A DNA stretch of 64,000 nucleotides from assembly GCA_038245295.1 (NCBI GenBank), contig JBBRSP010000008.1, forward strand, positions 128,001 through 192,000, given 5' to 3'. The DNA is from Candidatus Binatia bacterium (GTDB taxonomy: Bacteria > Desulfobacterota > Binatia > HRBIN30). Position numbers and translations under genes: made by a program. Shown piece after piece: positions 37,605-46,665 of this stretch (its first letter is position 1; every line of letters starts with the position of its first letter). The notes under the pieces are model-generated. The model did not search any database and had not been told where the DNA came from. It worked only from the letters and a program-made list of their open reading frames with translations.

Positions 37605-38036
37605 TCAGTTGAGAAGGGTGGCGTCGAGGGTAATGTCGGCCTTAAGAAGCTTGGAAACCGGACAGCCTACTTTGGCCATTGCAGTGAGCTTTTCGAACGT
37701 TGCCTGATCAGCGCCCGGAATTCTGGCCTTCAAAGTCAGATGCACGGCGGTTATCGAATACCCCTCACTGACCTCCTCGAGTGTCACCTGCGCCGAAGTG
37801 TCCAGATGCTCGGCCGTGAGCTTAGCTTCGCTGAGAGCCAAGGTGAGCGCCATCGTGAAGCAGCTAGCGTGGGCGGCGGCGATCAGCTCCTCAGGATTGC
37901 TGCCTCGCTGGCCCTCGAAACGGCTGGCAAAACCATAGGGATAGCCTTTCAGCGCGCCACTCTCCGTGGAAATCGTGCCCTTGCCGTCCTTGGTTCCACC
38001 CTGCCAGGCAGCCGACCCTTTTCTCTTAATCTTCAT
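37605..38036 (-). CDS. osmC: OsmC peroxiredoxin
   Basis: SRFEG..GSNPEELIAAAHASCF, CPVSK. Confidence 0.92.
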   Translation of the reverse strand: MKIKRKGSAAWQGGTKDGKGTISTESGALKGYPYGFASRFEGQRGSNPEELIAAAHASCFTMALTLALSEAKLTAEHLDTSAQVTLEEVSEGYSITAVHLTLKARIPGADQATFEKLTAMAKVGCPVSKLLKADITLDATLLN

Positions 38037-38129
38037 CTCTGTTCTCCTTCGCTGCGGGGGGTCGTTTCCGATCCGCCTTCTGATTAATCGAGTCGTCCCC
38101 GCGGGGATCGCGATTGGTCCAAACCGTTG

Positions 38130-38492
38130 TCATTCGACGTGCAACGTTCCCTTCATCGTCTTGTGCAACGTGCAGGAATAGGGAAACACCCCAGCTCTTT
38201 TGGTTGTGTATTCCCAGGACTTGTTAGGCGCGATGCTTTCCGAGTCGAAGGCGCCGGCGACCGCGGTCGCAGTGTGAGGGAACGGGTCGTTGTTGATCCA
38301 TATCACCGTGTCGCCCGCTCGTACGGTGAGAGTCTCTGGCTCGAACCGGGTGCCGTCGATGAGTACGGTGTGCGTCGCGGGCGCGGCGTCCGCCGCAAAG
38401 CCGGTGCCGGCGGCGCCTGCCAAAACGACCGCTATGACAAGTACAGCGGCGATTCGATACTGCGTGCGAACGATCATCGAAGTGCGCACCAT
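38130..38492 (-). CDS. Blue copper protein (amicyanin/plastocyanin-like cupredoxin)
   Basis: Signal peptide; FEP..L.V..GDTV.W.N; PHT and CTLHKTM type-1 Cu ligands. Confidence 0.9.
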   Translation of the reverse strand: MVRTSMIVRTQYRIAAVLVIAVVLAGAAGTGFAADAAPATHTVLIDGTRFEPETLTVRAGDTVIWINNDPFPHTATAVAGAFDSESIAPNKSWEYTTKRAGVFPYSCTLHKTMKGTLHVE

Positions 38493-39022
38493 CAGCTCTT
38501 CTTGGCGAGCGCGGCCTGCATCTGCTTGGCATGCTCGAGATGCGCGACAAAGGCCGGCCGGACCTTTACGAGGAGTGCCTTCAGTTCCTCGTTCGTAGCG
38601 CTCGGGATCAATGTCTTGTCGAGCGCGTCGATCACGGCCTGATGATACGCAACCTCGTTGTCGACATAGGCCCTATCGAACGCAGCGCCTTTGAGACCCT
38701 TGAGCTTCTTCACGTTCGCTTCGCCGCCCGCCTTGAGGCTTGCGCTGGTAGGGTTGTCCTCCGGCTTGACCATGAGCTTCTTCACCAACGCGGTCGCCGA
38801 TTGGTTGACACCGGTGTGGTCGGTAATCATCTGCCGCGCGAAGGCCCTGACTTCCTTGTCGGATGCCTTGGTCTTGGCGAGCTTGCCAGCGTCGATATCG
38901 ACTTGATTCGCCGTAACAACAATCGATGCGATTTGCGCGTCGTTGGGCGCGGCCTCCTGTGCGACTGCGACGGCTGATACAAAGACCAGAGTACTCACGA
39001 AAGCGATGGTTGTAGTTTTCAT
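38492..39022 (-). CDS. DUF4142 domain secreted protein
   Basis: NDAQI, VRAFARQMITDH, FDRAYVDNEVAYH, HLEHA; AGGAGG RBS. Confidence 0.88.
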   Translation of the reverse strand: MKTTTIAFVSTLVFVSAVAVAQEAAPNDAQIASIVVTANQVDIDAGKLAKTKASDKEVRAFARQMITDHTGVNQSATALVKKLMVKPEDNPTSASLKAGGEANVKKLKGLKGAAFDRAYVDNEVAYHQAVIDALDKTLIPSATNEELKALLVKVRPAFVAHLEHAKQMQAALAKKS

Positions 39023-39182
39023 AGTTCGATCCTCCTAGTTGGTTGAGTTACGTCCGACAGTAATACGCCGCAGACCTGCGCGCGTGATGTCCACTTGTGT
39101 GACCATGCCGGCCGCACGGTCCGCGCCTTCTCTGTTCTCGTCTAACTTCGTCGATCGTGATTCCTGAGCCACCGAACGCCCT

Positions 39183-40220
39183 TCAGAGCTTTGGCTCACC
39201 ACAGACCGGACTTATCCCTCCGTCCTCCGCGTGCCATTCGGCGGGAGTGCTAGCAGCCGTGTCGGACTTGGCACTCTGCAGCGACCAACCCTGTCCTGAG
39301 CCACGTGGACGGAGGAATCGATCCATAGAAGACACGCTGGCCGCAGGCCCTAGCGCAGCCACGGTGCGCATCACCGACTCCGGGGTCCCCCAATCACTCC
39401 AGCCCGTGCCGCCGGCCTCCACAACCACCAGGTGCTCGGGGATATGGCAGAGAAAGTCTCGGCTGAAGTTCCAGGGTAGTAGATCGCCATACGCCTTCGC
39501 AGTGGCGGTTGCGTCGCCCAGAACACCGTCGAAACGAGCCACCGGGTCCGGAAGACGTTCGCGCAGCAGCTCGAGCATCCGAGATACGCCAAAGACCATG
39601 ACGAATGAGTTCCACATGGCACCCTGGCTCACCAAACGGCGCGCCATCTCCGCTGAAGGTTTCTCTTGAAAGGCCGCCACATGAAAGGCCGGGGCAACGC
39701 TACCAAGCGCCAGCGGGCCGGCCGGCAGCACGTACCCGTAACCGGGCTCGGCACGGTCCGGGGGAATGCCGACTAGGGCGATCTTGTGGGGCAGCTGCGC
39801 AACGATCTCCACCGCGCGGTTGACGTGGGCAAGGAATGCACCCGCGTCACCGACGTAGTGGTCACTCGGGAAGACCGCCAGGACCGCCTCCGGGTCCCGG
39901 CGGACAACGTATCGCAGGCTCAGCAGCAGGCCCGGACCTGTATCGCGGTTTGCTGGTTGGACGATTACGTTTTGGTCCGGAATGGATTCAAGCTGGGGCA
40001 AGGCCAAGGGGAGATGATCCTTGTTGATGATGACGGCCGTGCGCTGAGCCGCGGTGAACCCCTGGATCCGACTCAGTGTCGCTTGCAACAGCGAGCGGCC
40101 ACCGGTGATACTGCAATACTGCTTCGGAATCGGCCTGCCCGAAATCGCCCGGGTCAACGCCTGCAGCCTCTTTCCGTCGCCGCCCGCGAGAATTAACGCC
40201 CAACGCCGCTTCGTTTTCAT
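39183..40220 (-). CDS. Mannose-1-phosphate guanylyltransferase-like nucleotidyltransferase
   Basis: LILAGGDGKRL, PKQY, QPANRDT, FPSDH, FQEKP, WSDWG. Confidence 0.85.
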   Translation of the reverse strand: MKTKRRWALILAGGDGKRLQALTRAISGRPIPKQYCSITGGRSLLQATLSRIQGFTAAQRTAVIINKDHLPLALPQLESIPDQNVIVQPANRDTGPGLLLSLRYVVRRDPEAVLAVFPSDHYVGDAGAFLAHVNRAVEIVAQLPHKIALVGIPPDRAEPGYGYVLPAGPLALGSVAPAFHVAAFQEKPSAEMARRLVSQGAMWNSFVMVFGVSRMLELLRERLPDPVARFDGVLGDATATAKAYGDLLPWNFSRDFLCHIPEHLVVVEAGGTGWSDWGTPESVMRTVAALGPAASVSSMDRFLRPRGSGQGWSLQSAKSDTAASTPAEWHAEDGGISPVCGEPKL

Positions 40221-40669
40221 TGGCTCACCCGCTGTGGTACGTGATTGTCGCGCATCGAGAGGAATCGGTTCGCGACAGAGCGTGGGGGGCTCGCAGAGCT
40301 GGGGGTCGGAAGCGAGACGCACCGGAATGAGCGACTGACTAGATCGCGGGCGAGCTGCTTTTCGTACCATCGCTGCAGGCCGCTGCGTACGTATGTCGGC
40401 TCGAGCCCGAGGATCGCGCAGACATGCTCGTACGAGAATGGCTCCTCATTCTCGCTCATCAGCCACGATTCCGCCTCCCTGAAGAGCCGCCGATTCCGGT
40501 TGCGGCTGGCAAAGATGTACGTCTGGAAGCAATTGATCGCGTCTTCGAGGATTGCCAGGACGAGGCGGCGTTCGCCTTGCGCCGGTGGGTGTCTGCGTAG
40601 TGCGAAGAATTGGGTTGGGAGAATCAAGTCGGGTTGCGGTACCATGTACTTCTCTTCCCCATCGATCAT
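40217..40669 (-). CDS. Conserved hypothetical protein (LPTQFF..ERRL.LAILEDAI..EAE.W..FSYE.VC..LG family)
   Basis: AAGGAG RBS; ATGA overlap with the downstream gene; recognisable recurrent motif pattern. Confidence 0.7.
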   Translation of the reverse strand: MIDGEEKYMVPQPDLILPTQFFALRRHPPAQGERRLVLAILEDAINCFQTYIFASRNRNRRLFREAESWLMSENEEPFSYEHVCAILGLEPTYVRSGLQRWYEKQLARDLVSRSFRCVSLPTPSSASPPRSVANRFLSMRDNHVPQRVSQ

Positions 40670-40806
40670 GCGAGCCACTCCTTGCGCTTGGTGTTTCTTT
40701 GCGCCTGGTGAGATCCTATGTTCCCGACACTTACCCGTAAATTTGGGAAAGCATTCCCGCGGTCGGATTTTCTTTACACGCCCGCCGTGGCACACTCAGA
40801 TGTGAG

Positions 40807-41586
40807 ATGAGCCCACAACCACCCGCGCCCACAGTCTTCGTCGTCGATGACGATGTGGCGATCCGAGAATACGTGCAGTGTTTGTGTGAATCGGTGGGTC
40901 TTGGAGCGCAAACGTACCGCAGCGCCCGCGAGTTCCTAGACGCCTATGACGGTACACGCCCGGCGTGTCTGGTTCTCGATGTCCGCATACCCGGGATGAG
41001 CGGCCTCGATCTCCAAGCGGAGCTAGCCGCTCGACACATTGCACTCCCCATCATCATGATGAGCGCCTTTGGCGAAATTCCGATGGCCGTGCGCGCGATG
41101 AAGGCGGGGGCGATTGACTTCCTGCAAAAGCCGTTCGACGGGCAAGCCCTGCTCGATCGTATCGACGAGATGATTGGAGCGGATCGTTACGCGTGCCAGT
41201 TGGAGACGAAGCTCACGACTGCGGCCAAGGAACTGACACGCCTGACACCACGGCAACGGCAAGTGCTGGACGGGTTACTTGCCGGGAAGCGCAACAAGAT
41301 CATCGCCGACGAACTGAGCATCAGTCCGAAAACTGTCGATGTCCACCGCTTCCGTATCATGCAAAGGGTAGGGGCGGAGTCACTCTCTGATCTCATCCGG
41401 CTCGCGCTCTCGGCGCCGCATCAGGTAACTCCATCTGGACAACCCCCGCTCATGCCGTCGGTTTCTGTTGCACCAAACCGGCCACCACTGCCACCAGATG
41501 AGCGGCGTCGGGGGGTTTCGGGAGGTGCGCCGCGAAGCCTGCGGCGAGTGCACGTTCGCGATCGCCTGCCTCAGCGTAAGCCGTGA
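40807..41586 (+). CDS. FixJ-like response regulator (REC + LuxR HTH)
   Basis: VVDDD, LDVRIPGMSGL, AMKAGAIDFLQKP, LTPRQ..NK.IA.EL.ISPKTV..HR. Confidence 0.92.
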   Translation: MSPQPPAPTVFVVDDDVAIREYVQCLCESVGLGAQTYRSAREFLDAYDGTRPACLVLDVRIPGMSGLDLQAELAARHIALPIIMMSAFGEIPMAVRAMKAGAIDFLQKPFDGQALLDRIDEMIGADRYACQLETKLTTAAKELTRLTPRQRQVLDGLLAGKRNKIIADELSISPKTVDVHRFRIMQRVGAESLSDLIRLALSAPHQVTPSGQPPLMPSVSVAPNRPPLPPDERRRGVSGGAPRSLRRVHVRDRLPQRKP

Positions 41587-43516
41587 TCGCAACCGCCGGA
41601 ACGTTCCCGCCACGCTCCGGCGGAAGCGCACGGACTCGGCGCAGAAGCGTGTACCCGTCTTCGGCAGACATCGCGATATCCGTGAGGAGCACATCCACCG
41701 GCTCGCGCTCGATCACGTTCACCGCCGCGGACGCGGATTCCGCGGTGACAGCGCTTGCGCCGTGCTGCTCAAGTAGGGTGACGAGGGCTTGACGCATCAT
41801 GCTGTCGTCGTCGACGACCAGCGCCCTCATACCGCAGAGGGCGCTGCTGGATGACGCGTCGCCCGATGCGGGCGGTTGGATCGTGGCGGCTTGATGCGCC
41901 TCCGCGACGGCCGTCAAGAGCGGGAGCCTCACCGTAAACCTCGCGCCCCGCCCGATGCCATCACTCTTGGCCGCGATCGTCCCGCCGTGGAGCTCGACCA
42001 GGTGGCGAACGATCTTCAGCCCGAGGCCGAGGCCGTCGTGCCGCCTGGCACTGACGCGCTCGGCCTGCTGGAAACCTTCAAACACGTGAGGCAAGAAATC
42101 CGCTGGAATGCCCTCGCCGGTATCGGCAACCGAGATCTCACCTTCCGAGCCCTGGCGACGAACCTCTACGGTAATGCTCCCAGCGTCCGGGGTAAATTTG
42201 ATTGCATTCGACAGCAAATTCCCCAAGATCTGCTGTAGGCGCGCGACATCCACTCGTACGGCCATGCTGCCTGCGCCTCTGACGACATTCAGGGAGAGGT
42301 TCTTCGCCTCGGCATCCGGGCGAAGCGCTTCCACGCTGGACGCAATACATAAGGCGAGATCAACGGTGGAAACTTCGATTGTGAGTTTGCCGAAGATGAT
42401 CCGCGAGACGTCAAGGAGGTCGTCGATCAGGCGCGCTTGCAGCGCGGCTTTACCTTCGATTAGTTCGATGGCGCGTGCTGCCTTCTCAGCGCTGAGGTTG
42501 CCGGTGCGCAGCAGGCCGAGCCAGAGACGAACGGCGCTCAGGGGCGCCCGCAGCTCGTGTGACAGGTTCGCAAAGAACTCGTCGCGCGCACGATTGGCGG
42601 TCTCGGCCTCAGCGCGAGCGGCGCGCTCCCGAACGAGCAAGTCTTGGCGTTCGTTATCGATGCGCTTCAGGTCGGTGATGTCGTTGAAGGCCATGACCGC
42701 GGCGATGACACTGCCATCGCGATCCCGGACGGGCGCGGAGAAGGTGCGCATCACACCCGGCGTCCGATCGGCGCGCACCACGTCGATCTCTTGCGCGGCG
42801 ACCGCCTCTCCCGTCCGCATCGATCGCGCGATCGGCAACGTTGTTGAGGCGTCCAGTGGCGCTCCGTCCCGACCCACAGGAACCTTGCCGTTCTCGAAGG
42901 CGGGGCGATCGGGTTGCGACGGATCGTGCCACAGCATCGCGGCGCGCTCGTTCACTAGGCGGACGATGCCCGATGGCGCCTCGCTGATCACGACCCCAGC
43001 CGGCATCTGCTGGAGGACGGCTTGCGAAATCCGGTTGATCCGCTCGAGGCGCTGGGACTGCCGGCTGAGGAGGTGCAACAGGCCCGCGACCACCAGTATC
43101 TGCAACACCGAAAGGGCGCGGTTGAGCGTGACGTTGTCAAGCGTCAGCGCCGGCGGAACTCCCCAGGCATACGCCGCACAGTTGAAGAATACCGCGAGGA
43201 GCGCGACAGACCACAGGATGCGGAGATCCCGAGTCCAAGCACACAGGAAGAGCGGCACGGCGTACGTGAGTGAGAACATGATGTCGGTCGGAGCCAGAAG
43301 ATCGGCGAAGAAAACCGCCGCTGTGAGTGCCAGGCACACAGCGAACAGGCGCTTGGGCAATGCAGGGTTGGCAAAGCTCAGCTCGGGGAAAGCAGTGGCC
43401 CCTTGCCCTGTGGCTTCGCGATACCAAGCCCTCCGCAGCACGTTCGACATCGATTGAATGACCTCCAGCAAGGGTGGCGTTCGACACCGACTCGCGTCCA
43501 ACGACCAGTATGTCAC
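41450..43516 (-). CDS. Membrane-bound hybrid sensor histidine kinase (TM-PAS-HisKA-HATPase-REC)
   Basis: SHELRAPL H-box, NLLSNAIKFT, DTGEGI, GLGLGL, C-terminal receiver; start may be 43450. Confidence 0.92.
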   Translation of the reverse strand: MTYWSLDASRCRTPPLLEVIQSMSNVLRRAWYREATGQGATAFPELSFANPALPKRLFAVCLALTAAVFFADLLAPTDIMFSLTYAVPLFLCAWTRDLRILWSVALLAVFFNCAAYAWGVPPALTLDNVTLNRALSVLQILVVAGLLHLLSRQSQRLERINRISQAVLQQMPAGVVISEAPSGIVRLVNERAAMLWHDPSQPDRPAFENGKVPVGRDGAPLDASTTLPIARSMRTGEAVAAQEIDVVRADRTPGVMRTFSAPVRDRDGSVIAAVMAFNDITDLKRIDNERQDLLVRERAARAEAETANRARDEFFANLSHELRAPLSAVRLWLGLLRTGNLSAEKAARAIELIEGKAALQARLIDDLLDVSRIIFGKLTIEVSTVDLALCIASSVEALRPDAEAKNLSLNVVRGAGSMAVRVDVARLQQILGNLLSNAIKFTPDAGSITVEVRRQGSEGEISVADTGEGIPADFLPHVFEGFQQAERVSARRHDGLGLGLKIVRHLVELHGGTIAAKSDGIGRGARFTVRLPLLTAVAEAHQAATIQPPASGDASSSSALCGMRALVVDDDSMMRQALVTLLEQHGASAVTAESASAAVNVIEREPVDVLLTDIAMSAEDGYTLLRRVRALPPERGGNVPAVAITAYAEAGDRERALAAGFAAHLPKPPDAAHLVAVVAGLVQQKPTA

Positions 43517-43602
43517 ACCAGCGGGTGCGCGCCAATTCCAGGATCCGTTCAGCGGCGCTCAACCCTGCGACTCCTCCGGGACCACAAGCAGCCTCCGGCT
43601 TG

Positions 43603-44640
43603 TCACGCTCCCTCACACCTCCGCATGGTCCCTTCGATCATCACGTCGAAGTCCACTCCTTCCCAGCGATCCGCGTTCAGCCAAAGGAATGTGAATCGCA
43701 CGGCGCTACCGGGAAGCAGCCTGTCAGTAGGGAGATCGGCGAAGTGTCCCCCGAGTTGCGTATCCGTAGTGTGGCTATCGTGCAAAGTCTGCCAATCGTC
43801 CACGCTCCAATGGATGCTGGCTCGCGCCAGCACCTCGACGCGGAGAACGGTCCCCGCCGACATGCGACGCCGCTTGTGGTTGAACCGCCAGAAGCAAAAA
43901 GGCGACACGACGTTCTCGACTTGATAGCGCTGAACGGTCTGAGGGGGCATGTCGAAGACCCCGGGCATCGCACAATGAACGGAGGGGCTTGATGTACTCG
44001 TGCGCCCATACCGGCGGCATCGCTGAACCAGATGGATGCCCGCTCAACAGCTCACGCTCAGGTATGTCGGCTGCTTCCCACACCGGCTCCGCGATCAGCC
44101 CGCCCGGTCTAGTCTGCGCCGCTATCACACGGCACAATCGTCCTGCTTCGTCTGCGCGCCCCAAGGCCAATTCGTAGTGTGCTCGCTCACCCACCAACAG
44201 CGGCCAACCGCGACCGACGCCGGTGCCGTCGAACGGGGCGCCGTCCTCGTGTTCGCCGTACCCGTCGCCGTTGGAGCGATGCCAGACTGGCCCCGTAGCG
44301 GTCTCAACTCTGAGCACCGCGTCGGTCACTTCTATGGTGAGGGCGAGTACCACCGTCCTCCTCCCAACAATTCTGTTGGGTCACGGGGCCGTCGCAAACC
44401 ACGAAACGTGCCGCCCATCGCACCACGGGCCAGGAATCCAGGCCGCCTCGCGCACGCGTGCGCCGCGGGACGTCAGCGAGGAGAACGGGGAGGGCAGCCT
44501 CATCCATCTGAATCCCGCTCCAATACGGCGTGCCGTCGAGCCACATGTTTTGCGGCCAGTGCCCGTCAGTCTCCGGCGTCGACATCAAGGAGCGCAGAGT
44601 TTGGACGGCGCTGGTATGTCCAGCGCGGTGGGAGACCAGG
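43603..44640 (-). pseudogene. Glucoamylase/glucodextranase (GH15) remnant
   Basis: Fragments in several frames: GHWPQNMWLDG..IQMDE, QQNCWEEDGG, GDGYGEHEDGAPFDGTGVGRGWPLL.GERAHYELA, SAMP.VWAH, WRFNHK. Confidence 0.88.
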
Positions 44641-44772
44641 ATGTCCCGGCGCAGTGCTTTCGCCCATATCCGTTACTACCGGATTTAGAGTGCTCCAATG
44701 ACGAGCCGCAAGAGAGGGCGGCTCGTTGTCCTGCTGTTCGGCGCGCCGCCGGCATGCGACTGCACGGACTGC

Positions 44773-45168
44773 TCAACCTTCGGCGGGATGCTTGGCTTCG
44801 GTGGATAGTGTCAGCAGAAATGCCGATTCTGCGGAAGCTTCAACCGTGTGGCGCACCCCGCCCTGCAAGACTAGCAGCTGTCCGGTGCGCAGCGTCACGG
44901 TTTGCGAGTCGGTGCTGAGCTTCAGTTCGCCGTCGATCACCTGGAGGCTGAGAGGGCTGTCGGTGACATGTGACAGGAGCACGGATTTGGGGTGCATGGC
45001 CACCAAGACAACGCGCAATCCACGACTCTTGGCGAGCGTCATGGCGTCGTGCCCGCGCTGCCAGCTCGGCTCGGTCCTGAGCTGCGCCAGTAGCGTGAAA
45101 ATCTCAAAAGTCAGCAGGGGCGCGTCCAGTTGACGCTCTGTGGTCACGTGCGGTCTGTCGGATGTCAT
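44773..45168 (-). CDS. Cupin domain protein
   Basis: TLAKS.GLRVVLV.M, H....SLQV..G, H.VEA..ESAFLLT; GGAGG RBS. Confidence 0.85.
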   Translation of the reverse strand: MTSDRPHVTTERQLDAPLLTFEIFTLLAQLRTEPSWQRGHDAMTLAKSRGLRVVLVAMHPKSVLLSHVTDSPLSLQVIDGELKLSTDSQTVTLRTGQLLVLQGGVRHTVEASAESAFLLTLSTEAKHPAEG

Positions 45169-45426
45169 ACTAGTTCCTCCGTGTTGGCGACGCTCATCTG
45201 ACGCCGTCCGAATGGGTTAGCCAGTGAGCTCTCCGGTGCGAATAATCGTCGTCATCCATATCGGTGCGGTTCAATATGGTGCGTCGTACCCGCTGGCCAT
45301 GTCTGCTGGTCCCGCTATACAACAAGTGCCGGACTCGACGCTGTGAACGACTCCTCGCAGCTGTCAACTACCGGTCACTCGCGTATTAGGGTGACACTTC
45401 GCCGCTGCGCGCGGAAGTGGTTCTAT

Positions 45427-45440
45427 TTGCGCCAGCGCAA
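45427..45440 (+). promoter_or_regulatory. Second NnrR-type box, upstream of the PAS gene
   Basis: TTGCGCCAGCGCAA, identical to the 36608-36621 box read in its transcription direction. Confidence 0.75.
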
Positions 45441-45562
45441 GTAGGGCGCATTACCATCCGATTCGAGATGCGCGATGTTTGGCACCAAACCGTGGGCGAT
45501 ACGATGGACCGTGTGCCGCGCGATTCGCAGTAGGAGACAAAAGAGCAACTGGAGTATGCGCA

Positions 45563-46033
45563 ATGCCGAACCACCTGGATAAGGAACTTTGTCAGCAGAT
45601 TGTCGAAGAGAGTCAGGACGCGATCATCTTTGCCGATCAGGAGGGCGTCATCTGCCTGTGGAACACGGGCGCCGAAGCCATGTTCGGCTACCGAGCCGAA
45701 GAAGCGATAGGCAAATCCCTGGACGTGATCATCCCGGAGCGTCTGCGACAGCGACATTGGGACGGTTGGCGCAAGGTCATGGCCACAGGCGTGACGCGTT
45801 ACGGCAGCGAGGTGCTGGCGGTGCCGGCGATGCGCAAGGACGGTACACGCATCTCGATAGAGTTTACCATCGCTGTCCCGCGCGATGCCGACGGCAAACT
45901 CGTGGGCGCGGCGGCTACGATTCGCGATGTCACAACCCGCTGGCAACGAGACAAGGACCAGAAGCAGCGCTTGGCGGACTTGGAAGCTCGGCTGAAGCAA
46001 CTCGGCCACGATTTGACCAAGTCAGTGGAGTAG
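45563..46033 (+). CDS. Stand-alone PAS domain protein (FixL-like heme-His position retained)
   Basis: DAII..D..G.I.LWN.GAE.MFGY..EEAIG.SLD.IIPERLRQRHWDG..VMATG..RKDG. Confidence 0.85.
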   Translation: MPNHLDKELCQQIVEESQDAIIFADQEGVICLWNTGAEAMFGYRAEEAIGKSLDVIIPERLRQRHWDGWRKVMATGVTRYGSEVLAVPAMRKDGTRISIEFTIAVPRDADGKLVGAAATIRDVTTRWQRDKDQKQRLADLEARLKQLGHDLTKSVE

Positions 46034-46275
46034 GGGAAGCCTGCATACGGCTGCCAGCCGGCGATGGCCTGTTGCACGCGCTCATAGTCTTAGTCTGTGG
46101 CCGGCGCCGGTGCAGAAAGTGCGCCAGGTAGTTGCGGGCGCAACGTCGTCGCCACGAATGATATCGAGGCGTCCGATGCCGCAGAGCATAGCGGCGCAGA
46201 GAAATATCAGAGCAGAAGCTACGTTTTCCGAACGCTCGAGCACGCGAGACTACGCGGTGGACAAATCCAAACGCA

Positions 46276-46316
46276 TTTCAAGACCGGTGGTTCCAACCAC
46301 TCAGCCACCCCTCCGT
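46276..46316 (-). repeat. att-like copy of tRNA-Ser 5' half
   Basis: tttcaagaccggtggttccaaccactcagccacccctccgt versus 20744-20784; 39/41 identical. Confidence 0.9.
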
Positions 46317-46504
46317 GGTTGGGTAACTGCCTGATCTTCGTTTGATCAGAAAATCACGTTGCCTTTGGGGTAGCGGCGGTCAGATGGAGTTGCAAACACT
46401 TGGCAACGGCGGCCCTGGCGATCATGGCGCGCCGGGGCCTTGGGCGAGCGCGGAGTAGGAGACAAATGGTGTGGCGCCTTCGGCGCGTCCGATGAGCATG
46501 CCAT

Positions 46505-46665
46505 TGTAGGGGCGGCTCGGGGGGCGCCAGGCGAACCGGCGCTGCGAGCTAAATCTCAACGGAACGAATCGAAACGAGGCGCCGGGCGGGCGGGCCGCAC
46601 CGCCCGCCGCCGGGGGATCCACACCGCCAGGGCGGCCGCCGGGCGGCGCCCGAGCCGCCCCTACA
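46505..46665. repeat. Inverted GTAG REP pair (REPIN-like)
   Basis: tgtaggggcggctcggggggcgcc ... ggcggcgcccgagccgcccctaca; 17-bp perfect terminal inverted repeat. Confidence 0.75.

Larger units (their letters stand above)
20785..46275. mobile_element. Putative degenerate genomic island integrated at tRNA-Ser
   Basis: Flanked by a 41-bp direct repeat (20744-20784 / 46276-46316, 2 mismatches). Contains pseudogenes and accessory cargo; no integrase seen. Confidence 0.65.

Noticed and set aside
46097..46345. ORF reading through the tRNA fragment (..FKTGGSNHSATPP) as a split integrase
   Set aside because: No tyrosine or serine recombinase motifs; the peptide is just the antisense translation of the tRNA piece.
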